Source: Spirochaetota bacterium
GTDB lineage: Bacteria > Spirochaetota > UBA4802 > JAGODF01
Length of the DNA stretch: 64,000 nucleotides
Direction: 5' to 3'
NCBI GenBank assembly: GCA_029974015.1
Contig: JARKUF010000014.1
Coordinates: 217-64,216 of the forward strand
Made by a program: the position numbers and the translations under genes. The notes under the pieces are model-generated. The model did no database searches and was not told the DNA's origin. It worked only from the letters and a program-made list of their open reading frames with translations. Each line of letters begins with the position of its first letter. The first letter of the stretch is position 1. Positions 26,998 to 37,114 of the stretch are shown piece by piece.

Positions 26998-28356
26998 ATG
27001 TTAATTACATATGTATTTGTTTTCGTTATACTTATAATTGTGACGATTTTTGTCCTCTATATCCTGTCAACATATGTTTTTCCCAGGAAAATTGAGGAAA
27101 TCGCACGCATGGTGGAAAACGGGCAGACGAAACTTGCTATAAAGAAACTTATGGAGTTAATAGAGAAGGATGACCGGAACGCTTATGCCCGCTACCTTCT
27201 TGCCGAAGCCTATTTTAAAGAAAATAACATACAATACGCAATTCTCGAATACCGCCAGGTACTGAAGCTCGCAAAATTCGACGACAAAGTCAATGAAATC
27301 AAGATCAGGTCAAAATTGGCCAAAATATACATGGATCGAAAATCAATCGACGAGGCCAGGAAGGAATATTTGATACTGTCAAAAATTGATCCGATGAACT
27401 TCCAGCATTTTTACGAGCTGGGTCTCATTTATTTCAACGCGGACCAACACGAAAAGGCCACGCCATATTTCAAAAAATCAGTCGCATTGAACAATAATCA
27501 CGCCATGTCGCTCTACTTCCTCGGCCAGATATACTATCGGATGAACCTCTACCAGGATGCAAAGCAGATGTTTCTTGAGGCAATTAAAGTTGATCATGCG
27601 AATTACCGCTCCCATTATTTTTTAGGTTTGGTTCTTCGCCAGCTTGGCGATTATGAGTGGGCCATTAAGGAATTCGAAGTGGCCCAAAAAGACGACGATA
27701 TAAAGATTAAATGCTTCCTTGCCAAAGGAACGTGCTTCATTGAGAAGGAGCTGTATCCCAAGGCCATCATCGAGTTTGAACGGGGCCTGAAATTTGCGAA
27801 GAGGGGAAGCGACACGGAATTGAACCTCAGATACTTCCTTGCCGAGGCACAGGAAAAGATGCGTGATCTCCACTCGGCAATATCCAACTGGGAAAAGATC
27901 CATGAGGTGAACAAAAATTTCCGTGATGTACAGGAGAAGCTGAAATCGTATTCGGAATTCCGCCAGGATGACCGGATAAAGGATTTCATGATAGCTGGAC
28001 TTGCCCAGTTTGAACATCTAACCAGGAAAATCGTTGAAACAATGGGGCTCACCATTCTGGATATTGACATTATCAGCGACACCGACATAGAAATTATTGC
28101 GACCGAAACCGAAGGGAAATGGCGGAACACAAGAAAGACCAACAGAATAATAAGGATCATCCGCACTACGGACACTATATCCGACAAGCTGCTAAGATCC
28201 ATTCATGAAACGATGAAACCGAAAAATGCAACACGCGCCGTGATTATTTCCACCGGCGAATACAGCCAGACTGCCGTGGAATTCTCCAACACAAGGCCCA
28301 TCGAGCTTATGAGTAAAAACGAGCTTATAAAGCTTTTGAAACATGTTGGCGCCTGA
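26998..28356 (+). CDS. Membrane-anchored TPR protein with degenerate Mrr-like C-terminal domain
   Basis: N-terminal TM helix, multiple TPRs, FE.L...MG, AVIISTGEYS..A.EF, IELM. Confidence 0.82.
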   Translation: MLITYVFVFVILIIVTIFVLYILSTYVFPRKIEEIARMVENGQTKLAIKKLMELIEKDDRNAYARYLLAEAYFKENNIQYAILEYRQVLKLAKFDDKVNEIKIRSKLAKIYMDRKSIDEARKEYLILSKIDPMNFQHFYELGLIYFNADQHEKATPYFKKSVALNNNHAMSLYFLGQIYYRMNLYQDAKQMFLEAIKVDHANYRSHYFLGLVLRQLGDYEWAIKEFEVAQKDDDIKIKCFLAKGTCFIEKELYPKAIIEFERGLKFAKRGSDTELNLRYFLAEAQEKMRDLHSAISNWEKIHEVNKNFRDVQEKLKSYSEFRQDDRIKDFMIAGLAQFEHLTRKIVETMGLTILDIDIISDTDIEIIATETEGKWRNTRKTNRIIRIIRTTDTISDKLLRSIHETMKPKNATRAVIISTGEYSQTAVEFSNTRPIELMSKNELIKLLKHVGA

Positions 28357-28368
28357 TATTTCCGCCAG

Positions 28369-30186
28369 ATGGATTCATTTTACTACATTTTTGATTCGAT
28401 TCCACTTCTGAAACATTTCAATGAGAAAGAACGCTCTTTTCTTGCCGCACTGGGAAGAATTTCCAGGGTAAAAACCAACCAGATAATTGATTTAAAAAAA
28501 ATCAGCGCCTTAAACGTCATTCTGGAAGGAGTGTTTGAACTTGAGGTTTTTGGGAAAAAAGAATACATCTATCTCACGCCCGGGTCTTTTTTTGGCGACT
28601 ACCCATTCACGGACATAAAAAACCGAGGAACCATCAAGGCCGTTTCCGAAGCACGCCTTTTGCAATTCAACACAGAAGATCTCTATAAGTTCTTTTTCAC
28701 GAATTACCGGGCACTGAGGGGGTATATCCGCTCTCTGGAAAACCTCGGCATGGACCTTTCTTCTGCCAGCGCTTCCCACTTTAAAAGAAGAACAAAGATT
28801 GTTACTGTGTTCGGGACGGGGAACCGAGAAGGCAAATCCCTCTTTGCCGCTTCCCTTGCGCTTACTTTGGCGGAAAGGGGGGCAACAATTCTTCTGGATA
28901 TGTCATACGGCGGAGAATCCGTGTACACATTCTTCGAAAAAAGGCCCCCTGCTCCCCTCTCCCAGAAACAGGAAGAAAGCGATGCAAATGAGCAATTCAT
29001 AGTAGAACGCCTTGAACATGCCGCGGCAGGCCTCGATCTTCTAAATGTTCTCCATGGCTCCAATGTAAAGGCCAGTCCATCCATTCTTTCCCCGCTGCTC
29101 TTTCTGCTTTCGAAAAGCTATAAATACATCATTGTAGATCTTTCCAACAGTGACGGAGAAATAAGGGACCGCGTTTTTGAGGAATCGCATATCATACTGG
29201 GTCTAGTGACAAGAATGAAAAACCGCGATGACCTTTCAGCCATCTTTAATGACAGTATCTCCAACGGACAGCGGGTGTACTATCTGCTTAATACACACTT
29301 TCATGACAAGACCGTTTTTGAAGGCGGTTTCAGATGGGAATCAATCGGCCCGAATGAAGGAACCGATTCGAATTTTTCATTCGATGCCATGAAGGAGAGC
29401 GTACCGAAAGAAATTCCTACAATAATCTCTTCTCCAGTAAAGGCGCTTGTACTTGAAGCGAACGGGCTTGACGCCTGGGCATACGCAGGCCTTTACGACG
29501 AAATTCTCAATACCGGAGTTTTATTCGATATTCATTACTGCTCGTCCTTTGCCTTCCTGTTCCTTTTTGCGTTCTTAACCTCACAAAATGCAGATGAGTA
29601 TAAGAAAACGATAAAGAGGTTCTATCCCTGGGAGAAGATCAACGAGTTACTTGACATTACATTTCCCAAAAATGTCCTGTTTAAGAGCGCAAAGATCGCC
29701 AGATTCGCGACTGAATTGGCAAAAGACGCCAGGTTGGAATATTTTCCGGCAAGGGCCCTGCTTCTTGCTTCAAGTAAGGATTTTTCACGAAGAATCTTCA
29801 GCACCGGAAATATGGAAGAATTAATTCAAGTGTCGATGTCGGCATATCCTTTCTTCGAAGCGGGGAGAATAGGGAACGGGAAGTATATCTCCGGGTATCC
29901 TTTTACTGTCTGTAGCGTCGAAGACATCATGCCGCTGGATGTGGATACGGTCGCGGCCGTATCGGTCAAACCTCGAATCGACCATCCCGGAGCATCCGGA
30001 ATTCTCCCAATATTTTTGCATCATCATGAATATTTCGATTCCCGTGAAAAACGGCCTTTCTCTTCCCCCGGCAGGACAGCCCGACTTGAACTTGAATGGG
30101 GCGAAGATGAAAAAGACCCCGAAAAAATCCTAGAAATTGTAAGAACAAGCACTAATAAATTCTTGAAAGAAAACCGCTTTATATAA
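28369..30186 (+). CDS. cNMP-binding / ParA-MinD-like / degenerate patatin-like multidomain protein
   Basis: GSFFGD cNMP motif; IVTVFG...EGKS and YIIVDL; ALVLEANG...D..YCSS patatin-like segment. Confidence 0.7.
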   Translation: MDSFYYIFDSIPLLKHFNEKERSFLAALGRISRVKTNQIIDLKKISALNVILEGVFELEVFGKKEYIYLTPGSFFGDYPFTDIKNRGTIKAVSEARLLQFNTEDLYKFFFTNYRALRGYIRSLENLGMDLSSASASHFKRRTKIVTVFGTGNREGKSLFAASLALTLAERGATILLDMSYGGESVYTFFEKRPPAPLSQKQEESDANEQFIVERLEHAAAGLDLLNVLHGSNVKASPSILSPLLFLLSKSYKYIIVDLSNSDGEIRDRVFEESHIILGLVTRMKNRDDLSAIFNDSISNGQRVYYLLNTHFHDKTVFEGGFRWESIGPNEGTDSNFSFDAMKESVPKEIPTIISSPVKALVLEANGLDAWAYAGLYDEILNTGVLFDIHYCSSFAFLFLFAFLTSQNADEYKKTIKRFYPWEKINELLDITFPKNVLFKSAKIARFATELAKDARLEYFPARALLLASSKDFSRRIFSTGNMEELIQVSMSAYPFFEAGRIGNGKYISGYPFTVCSVEDIMPLDVDTVAAVSVKPRIDHPGASGILPIFLHHHEYFDSREKRPFSSPGRTARLELEWGEDEKDPEKILEIVRTSTNKFLKENRFI

Positions 30187-30233
30187 TAACTATCCGTAAG
30201 CCACGTCTAACTTGAGAGGGGGAATGGCATACA

Positions 30234-30680
30234 ATGAGATCGCGAAAAACGAATTTTCTTCAAGCGGTCGTTCTGTTAACTGGGGTTCTGTACATACTCT
30301 CCGGCGGTATATTCTCACTCTCCCCCCATCTATTTGCAGATATATTCTCCATCGATATCAATGAAGACTGGTTTAAAGAAATTCCTAGAGAGCCGTTCAT
30401 GTTCATGATGATTGCAATTTCCCGATCATTTGGCCTGCTTTTATTTACGATGGGGATTGCTATGGTACTCCCTCTCTTCGATCCCCTGCGTTATCGAGGC
30501 CTTGTTTATTTCACCGGTATTCTTTTTCCGTCCGGAGCGGCGTTTCTTTGCGCCATAAGCTGTTTGACAAACCCCCTTGGCGTTCTCATCATTTATGCGT
30601 CCCTATTTGTTCTCATAGCAGTTGCGACAATCGCCGGGCTTTTTATAACCAAAGGCACGGTAAAAACAGGCGTAGAGTGA
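30234..30680 (+). CDS. Four-TM membrane protein
   Basis: Four hydrophobic helices; DPLRYR loop. Confidence 0.75.
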   Translation: MRSRKTNFLQAVVLLTGVLYILSGGIFSLSPHLFADIFSIDINEDWFKEIPREPFMFMMIAISRSFGLLLFTMGIAMVLPLFDPLRYRGLVYFTGILFPSGAAFLCAISCLTNPLGVLIIYASLFVLIAVATIAGLFITKGTVKTGVE

Positions 30681-30733
30681 TACCTTTGGGTCTAAGGCCA
30701 GGCGCAAAGCGCGATGCCAATTTTTTTTTTTGA

Positions 30734-30761
30734 TTGATTTATTAACCCTCTTTTCTATAAT
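30734..30761 (+). promoter_or_regulatory. Sigma70 promoter
   Basis: TTGATT-N16-TATAAT. Confidence 0.6.
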
Positions 30762-30774
30762 GTGATTAGATTAT

Positions 30775-30893
30775 GGTAGCCTCAAAAATTTAATTTTTGA
30801 GGCTACCATAAATTGTAACTACTGGCATACTCAGGACTCAGGTTTTCCCGCCCCCCGAAGGCGGGCGGGAAAACCTGATTATTAGAAGTTGCC
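30775..30893 (-). mobile_element. Full-length type-A MITE-like copy (119 bp) with TTAT duplication
   Basis: TTAT|GGTAGCCTC ... TTAGAAGTTGCC|TTAT; both hairpins and the core are intact. Confidence 0.92.
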
Positions 30894-30982
30894 TTATGTA
30901 AATGTTTCGTTATTATTTTTTAGGTCTTATAAAAAAACATCCGTTTGAGCTGTAAAATCGATTTTCTACTCGGAGGAAATAA

Positions 30983-31318
30983 ATGGAATTGAAAACGAAG
31001 AAAAACAACAATGTGATAATTATATATCTCGCCGGGCGACTGGATGTACATCTTTCCGCTGACGTTGAAAAAGAAATCAATAAAATTATCAATGATGATC
31101 CCGCAAGCCATCTCCTGCTTAATTTACATGATGTCGAGTATATGAACAGTTCCGGGCTTCGCATCTTTGTATCAACGATGAGGATACTTAAAGAATCCAA
31201 AAGAAAACTTTTTCTCTGCAATATGAACAGTGCGGTGAAAAAAATTTTTGAAGTTGTCGAACTAATGGACATGTTTGACATTTTTGAATCTGAAGAAGAA
31301 GCGCTGAGGTCATTTTAA
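30983..31318 (+). CDS. STAS domain anti-sigma factor antagonist
   Basis: GRLD, VEYMNSSGL, VKKIFEV; GGAGG RBS. Confidence 0.92.
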   Translation: MELKTKKNNNVIIIYLAGRLDVHLSADVEKEINKIINDDPASHLLLNLHDVEYMNSSGLRIFVSTMRILKESKRKLFLCNMNSAVKKIFEVVELMDMFDIFESEEEALRSF

Positions 31319-31338
31319 CAGGCCTGTGAATACGCGAA

Positions 31339-33609
31339 TTGAAACTCGGCTGGAAAAAATTAATAACGAAGAAGCGTCCTCCGGCCCTTATGCCCCTGCA
31401 AACCATCGGTGCTTTACCTGATGCGTCGAAGACCGGGGGGGTGGAAAAAACCATCTCCCTTGGCCTAAAAAACTACTTGCTATTCCAGTCATATCACCAT
31501 TATCGCTGGCCCCTCTGGCTAATTTCATCAATAGATGAATTAGAACGCCACTTCAGGCCTGTAACCCCCCCGATTCTCCTGAACACGTATTATCGAGACT
31601 GGATGTACTTTACCAGCATCCTTTCATCACACAGGATTATGATAGACCATGCAGGCATGCTTACACCGACGAATGCGCCATGGTCAATTGAACTGTGGGT
31701 GCTTAACGGCAACAGGGTTTTCAGGCCGCAGGACGACTGCAATTCTATTATACAGGTCAGGGATCCCCATACTTCCCTAATAACTACGAAGTGGACCAAT
31801 AGAGACTTTACACTTCACATGGAAATGTATGGAACAAGAACTTCCATCGATGAAGCAATAGCAGACATAAGTTTTTCCACCGTTGGAAAGGCCGGGGGAA
31901 CATCACTTGTCGTGGCGGTGCGACCCTATGGAACAGAGCAGATCGGAGGGCTCCACTCCCTGGAATATCAGTCTGAAAATAAGACTGTCCGTATTAACAA
32001 TGAGACTACTTTTTATGTTAGCCACAGTCCCAGTGAAGTCTTCACGGGTAGTGGAATGTACGGAGATGTAAATTTCAGGGAAAAACAGGGAAAAGTATCT
32101 TGTTTCGACGGTATGGCTTCCATGGCCCTCGTGTATCCAGTAAAGAAAGAACTCCTGGAACTTAAAGTTAGACTTAGCCTCTCAGAAAAAAAATCCGTAG
32201 AATCGTTGAAGCTTAATTATATTTCCGTAAAGAAAGATTTTGCCGAATATCTTGACGTTATGAAACGGCAGGGTTTCATTCTTTCCATCGGAGACAAACG
32301 GCTTTCTAACTGGTTCGTCAATACAAAACTTATCTCGCTTGGAAACGTTAACCGCATGATACGCCTTCTTGGCGATAAATGCGGCGTCATAGAAGCGAGG
32401 GAATCATTTTATCTGGTAAAAGCCCTGTCGAGGATGGGATTCGACAAGGAAGCACGTCTGATCGTTGACGCATGGAGGACAAGCATTCACATTTCGGAGC
32501 GTACAGAATTTGATGATCTAATTATCTTCTGCTACTTCTTATCCTCTTTCGCCGACAGTTACCTTTTTACACGGGACACAGCTTACCTTCAAGACAACTA
32601 TGAATTTATTAAGAAGCTTGCCCATGCAGCACTGTCAGCGGGAAAGGACCTGTTTCAAAAGAAGAAAAAAAAGGCCGCACATAATTCCCTTCCATACGTG
32701 TACGCGGGGCGATACCATCTGCACGATACCCTGCTATATGCCCATACGCTTTCGCAATACGCTTACCTCTGCAGAACGATAGGGCTTTTTGGAGACGAAA
32801 TAAAGTTCTCCAGGGAGGCCGAAAGATATCACGAGATGTTATCCTATGAAATAACAGGTCTTATTGCCTCTGCGGCGGCGGAATCACCCTTAGATTCCGA
32901 TGCATTTTCAGGTATTCACGGACTTGACGAATTTATTGTGTATCTTTCATTCTGCGTCTCCCCTTTTGCGGTTGACTCGATCAAGCGCGAAGAGAAGAAG
33001 AAACTCCTTTCAATGATCAGCGCAGTGTATAAAAAGAAACCACTTTTCCTGCGTTCTTTCGGGGGATGGGATATTTTTCTTACAATTATGTTCGCTCGGA
33101 ATACGCTTCTCATGAATGATGCCGCATCCCAAGATATTATTGAGTTTTTTCTAAACATCGGGGAGCCAAGATATTCCCTTCCGGACTGCATCCATCCGGT
33201 GAGTCTGAGGGGAATCGGCGGAACCGGCGAATCTTCTATGGTGAACAGCTCTATATTCCTTTTTCTAAGAAACCTTATCCTCATTGACGGACCGAACCGT
33301 TTGGAGATTTTCCCGGTTCCGAAAGAAGAGTGGTTTCGGCCGGGAGCTGAGATAGTGGTGGAGAACGCGCCCTCGCGGTTTGGAAAGATTCATTTTAAAG
33401 TCATTTCGACCCAGAATGAAATACAGATGTATTTTACAGAACTGCCCAAGTACGTGCCTCCGGATATCATGATACATCTCCCGTACAAAACCGAGTTGAA
33501 AGAAGGAGATGATTTCATGCTGAAAAAAGAGGAAGGGTTTTCCTATATAATTAATGGATGGCCGTCTGTTATAAGGTTCGTCCGGACAGGGCAAGAAAAG
33601 AATTCATGA
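31339..33609 (+). CDS. Hypothetical protein, possibly six-hairpin glycosidase-like fold
   Basis: Beta-rich N-terminus, helical core, C-terminal P.EW/NAPSRFG tail typical of GH65/GH15-like proteins. Confidence 0.55.
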   Translation: MKLGWKKLITKKRPPALMPLQTIGALPDASKTGGVEKTISLGLKNYLLFQSYHHYRWPLWLISSIDELERHFRPVTPPILLNTYYRDWMYFTSILSSHRIMIDHAGMLTPTNAPWSIELWVLNGNRVFRPQDDCNSIIQVRDPHTSLITTKWTNRDFTLHMEMYGTRTSIDEAIADISFSTVGKAGGTSLVVAVRPYGTEQIGGLHSLEYQSENKTVRINNETTFYVSHSPSEVFTGSGMYGDVNFREKQGKVSCFDGMASMALVYPVKKELLELKVRLSLSEKKSVESLKLNYISVKKDFAEYLDVMKRQGFILSIGDKRLSNWFVNTKLISLGNVNRMIRLLGDKCGVIEARESFYLVKALSRMGFDKEARLIVDAWRTSIHISERTEFDDLIIFCYFLSSFADSYLFTRDTAYLQDNYEFIKKLAHAALSAGKDLFQKKKKKAAHNSLPYVYAGRYHLHDTLLYAHTLSQYAYLCRTIGLFGDEIKFSREAERYHEMLSYEITGLIASAAAESPLDSDAFSGIHGLDEFIVYLSFCVSPFAVDSIKREEKKKLLSMISAVYKKKPLFLRSFGGWDIFLTIMFARNTLLMNDAASQDIIEFFLNIGEPRYSLPDCIHPVSLRGIGGTGESSMVNSSIFLFLRNLILIDGPNRLEIFPVPKEEWFRPGAEIVVENAPSRFGKIHFKVISTQNEIQMYFTELPKYVPPDIMIHLPYKTELKEGDDFMLKKEEGFSYIINGWPSVIRFVRTGQEKNS

Positions 33610-35174
33610 TACTTTATCTTCTCATATTTTCCGTTCTGGTTTCCGGGATTTTTCTTTATTACACATATTATATATCTCCACGCCTTAATCCAGTAAAAAA
33701 GGCGGAAAAATATCTGAAAAACGAACAGCATAATGAAGCAGTATTGGAATACAAGAAGGCGCTTGACCGTAATGGCGCTGATTTCGTGGTACATTTCAGG
33801 CTCGCGAATATCTACCTGCAGCAGAAAGAAATCGACCAGGCCGTACTGCACCTGGAAAAAATCCTGGACTTGAACGCATTCAATTACGAAGTGGAAAAGC
33901 TTGATGTTCAGAAAAAACTGGCCTCCGCATATCAGGTTCGCGACGAACCCGAAAAGGCATTCCAGATGTATTATGACATCCTGAGATACTACCCGGTGGA
34001 TCAGGAAGCATTGTATAATGTGACGTTCATGGCCCTCGGACAGGAAGAGTTCGAAATAGCACAGCGTTACGCAGAAAAACTCGTCAATCTCATGCCCAAT
34101 AGTTTTGAAGTCGTTTTTGCCGCCGGCATGTGTAATTACCAGAACAAGAGGATTAATGACGCATCGAGTTACTTCAAGACGGCCGCCGCACTGAAACCCG
34201 GTTCCGACATAGCAAACCTTGCTGCGGCCTTGACCCTGCAGAAAAAGGGGGATTACAGACTCGCCCTTTCATATGTCCAAAAAATCCCGGAAAACGATAA
34301 CGATCCAGGTGTGATTTTTATTTCTAGAAGGCTCCAGGGAATCATTCTCCTTCAGGGGCGTAAGCACGATGAAGCAATAAAAATCTTTGAGGAGCTTCTA
34401 AATTTCGCCAAAACAAATGAAATGCAGGAAGAGGTTCTATTGGTCCTGTACGATATCGGCTTCGTCGCAGCGAAAGCGGAAAGGACAAACCAGGCCTACG
34501 AATACTGGAACGAGCTTTACAGGCTCGATAAGTCGTACAAAAAAATCCAATCTCTGGTGATGATGCTCAGGAAGGAAATGGAGTTGGATTACAGAACAGC
34601 AATGGAAGAACCGCAGTCTTCGCTTGACGATTACACGGAGGCCTGGCTCGAAGAAATATTTCCCGCAGATTTTCTCTGGAATATCTGTGGTTTGAAGAGC
34701 GACAGGAAATTGAACCTGAAAGGAATAATGACTACGGCCCGTGTGCAGACAGCCCACGGGGACGAAAGTGGCCTGGAGCTCGGTTCGGGAGCAAATTTCG
34801 AGAAGTTAGAACGGTTCAATACGATGAATGTGGAAAATTTCAGAATAGCCTCAAACAGACTCGTCGCTAAGATGGGGTATAAGGTGGAACAAATACTCCA
34901 AACATACCGAGAAAACGACGGTGTCGACTTTCTTGCCGTCTCCCCTGAAAAGGAAAAAACCCTGATCTGGGTGAGGAGATGGACCAAGGCGAGGGTCGGA
35001 GAAATTCCTTTTAGAAATTTTGCCCAGGCTATAAATGACATAAAGGCGAAAAAGGGCGTTTTTGTAACATCCTCGGAAATAACCGAGGCGGCTGAAATTA
35101 GCCTTAAGAACCTCTCTAAGGTGGTTGTCGTTCAGCCCGATGAACTCGCCTCGCTTCTGGAGGGGCTGGTGTGA
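33606..35174 (+). CDS. Membrane-anchored TPR protein with degenerate Mrr-like C-terminal domain
   Basis: N-terminal TM, TPRs, KMGYKV, DGVDFLA, VGE, KGVFVTSS; ATGA overlap with the upstream gene. Confidence 0.85.
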   Translation: MILYLLIFSVLVSGIFLYYTYYISPRLNPVKKAEKYLKNEQHNEAVLEYKKALDRNGADFVVHFRLANIYLQQKEIDQAVLHLEKILDLNAFNYEVEKLDVQKKLASAYQVRDEPEKAFQMYYDILRYYPVDQEALYNVTFMALGQEEFEIAQRYAEKLVNLMPNSFEVVFAAGMCNYQNKRINDASSYFKTAAALKPGSDIANLAAALTLQKKGDYRLALSYVQKIPENDNDPGVIFISRRLQGIILLQGRKHDEAIKIFEELLNFAKTNEMQEEVLLVLYDIGFVAAKAERTNQAYEYWNELYRLDKSYKKIQSLVMMLRKEMELDYRTAMEEPQSSLDDYTEAWLEEIFPADFLWNICGLKSDRKLNLKGIMTTARVQTAHGDESGLELGSGANFEKLERFNTMNVENFRIASNRLVAKMGYKVEQILQTYRENDGVDFLAVSPEKEKTLIWVRRWTKARVGEIPFRNFAQAINDIKAKKGVFVTSSEITEAAEISLKNLSKVVVVQPDELASLLEGLV

Positions 35175-36121
35175 ACCCCGCCATGCAGGCCCTGCCAGTG
35201 GAAAACATCAACGTTTCCCACATAGATTTTACAGATAACCGCTACAAAATCAGCAAACCCGAAATCAGCGATCAGCTTATGCGGTCGATTAAGACCCATG
35301 GCCTTCTGGAGTTTCCCGTGCTTCTTCCTCAGTATGAAAAATACATCGTTGTTGGAGGGCATAATAGACTTGTAGCCGCAAAAAATACCGGTGCGTCCAC
35401 AGTCCCTTGCAGGATTATGGACCCCTTCGACATGGGAACCTTTCTCGGCCATGCGGTCCTGAAAATTGACCGAGGTGAGGTTGGACCTATCGGGCGCCTT
35501 AAGCTTTACAACCTGCTGAAAAAAACGAAAACTGAAGCGATTCAAAACGATCGGTTGTTTGCAAGAAGGGAATTAGGCATACCCGATTTCCTGCTTGGCG
35601 ACGAAGCAGCCATAGAAACGATATTATCCATTCCTGATACAATTGCCTTCTATGCGGACTCCAGGGATGTGCACTACAGGGTTTTGCGTGAAATTGGCGG
35701 TATGTCAAGTGCCGCCGTGTCGTTGCTCTCTTCCTGGCTCGACCAAATACCAATGAGGGTTAATATCTTCAGAGAGGTCGTCGAAATGTTGTCGGAAATA
35801 TCACGTCGTGACGGATCCATTGAAACGGCTTCGGCGATTAAAATACCGGATATCCGCGACCCCAGAGGACGCGAGAACAGCCTTCATTCATCGTTGATGT
35901 CACTTCGGTGTCCACGCTACACGGTTTTAAAGGAAGAGGCCGATAATCTTATTGCGAAGCTGAGGGCCGTGGGAATCGAAGTAACTTTCCCGAATTATTT
36001 CGAAGGCGATACAATTGGCCTTACAGTAAAGGTTTCGAAAAAGGACGGCCCGGCCGTAGTTCGGGATACATTTACACGGGCGGATGAGGAGACTTTAGGC
36101 AAGTTGCTGGATTTGCTGTGA
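35171..36121 (+). CDS. ParB/Srx N-terminal domain protein
   Basis: LMRSIKTHGLLEFP, VVGGHNRL; GTGA overlap. Confidence 0.8.
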   Translation: MNPAMQALPVENINVSHIDFTDNRYKISKPEISDQLMRSIKTHGLLEFPVLLPQYEKYIVVGGHNRLVAAKNTGASTVPCRIMDPFDMGTFLGHAVLKIDRGEVGPIGRLKLYNLLKKTKTEAIQNDRLFARRELGIPDFLLGDEAAIETILSIPDTIAFYADSRDVHYRVLREIGGMSSAAVSLLSSWLDQIPMRVNIFREVVEMLSEISRRDGSIETASAIKIPDIRDPRGRENSLHSSLMSLRCPRYTVLKEEADNLIAKLRAVGIEVTFPNYFEGDTIGLTVKVSKKDGPAVVRDTFTRADEETLGKLLDLL

Positions 36122-36127
36122 CGAAAC

Positions 36128-37111
36128 TCAGGTAAAAAACTTTCCCATGTCCGACACGGCCCTCCGACAAGTTTCCTCGAAATCGTATTTGGATTTGTAG
36201 CCGGAAGCGTTCTTGTGCCCCCCACCCCCGTTCTCTATGGCGATCTCCCCCACGTCATAATCCCCCTTGGTGCGCATACTAACCTTCACGGGACCTTCGC
36301 CGTCGCTTTTCACCAGGATGCTTGAAACGACACCCTTTATCGTAAGGGGAAGGTTGATGTTCATCTCCCCTTCCTCATAGGGGGCGCCGCTTTTTTTCAG
36401 CATGTCCGGGGTGAGTTTCATTAAAATCAACTTGCCTCCGTAATGGATTTCCATGGAAGCCAGCATGAGGGCCCGGAGTTCGAAGCTGGACAGTGAATTA
36501 TTTTCGTATATTTTTTCGTATATCTTGAAGGGACTGGCGCCAGCCTCGACGAGACGGGCGATGATCCTGAAAGTTTTTGAAGAAGTTTTAGGATAACGGA
36601 AGGAACCGGTATCGAAAAGTATGCCCGCATAAAGCGCCTGGGCCGCCTTGAAACTCGGCGAAAATCCGAAGTGTTCCAAAATATCGTACATAATCTCGCA
36701 GACCGATGACGCTTCCGCCTTGATGAAATTCGCTTCAAACTTGTCTTTCCCTCCTTCGTGGTGGTCAATGATGAAATAGTCTTTTACAAGCCCCCCGAGA
36801 TGTCCATAGGCGGCCCCCATATTGTTAAGGTCGTTTGTGTCCAGAACAAAGAGGGCAAAGTCTCGAGGATCTCCGGGGAAAACAAAATTGTCATCGAACA
36901 CGAAAATCTCATCATCCATATCAATAAAGGCGAATTTTTCAGGAACGGGATCGGAATTCACGATGAGGGCTGACTTCCCTATACCCCGAAGGAGCTCCAG
37001 GAAGGCTATTTCCGCGCCAAGGCCGTCTCCGTCGGGGCTTTCATGGGTGGAAATGATGAACCTGTCGTATCTGCCAAGAAACTCGGTGAGCTTTTCAAGC
37101 CCTGATTTCAT
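36128..37111 (-). CDS. nrnA: DHH/DHHA1 phosphoesterase (NrnA-like)
   Basis: HESPDGD, IDHH, DTGSF, GGGGHKNASG. Confidence 0.9.
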   Translation of the reverse strand: MKSGLEKLTEFLGRYDRFIISTHESPDGDGLGAEIAFLELLRGIGKSALIVNSDPVPEKFAFIDMDDEIFVFDDNFVFPGDPRDFALFVLDTNDLNNMGAAYGHLGGLVKDYFIIDHHEGGKDKFEANFIKAEASSVCEIMYDILEHFGFSPSFKAAQALYAGILFDTGSFRYPKTSSKTFRIIARLVEAGASPFKIYEKIYENNSLSSFELRALMLASMEIHYGGKLILMKLTPDMLKKSGAPYEEGEMNINLPLTIKGVVSSILVKSDGEGPVKVSMRTKGDYDVGEIAIENGGGGHKNASGYKSKYDFEETCRRAVSDMGKFFT

Positions 37112-37114
37112 ACG

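Noticed and set aside
26998-35174. Active Mrr-type restriction/defence system
   Set aside because: Catalytic motifs are degenerate, the proteins are membrane-anchored TPR scaffolds, and the context is housekeeping, not an island.
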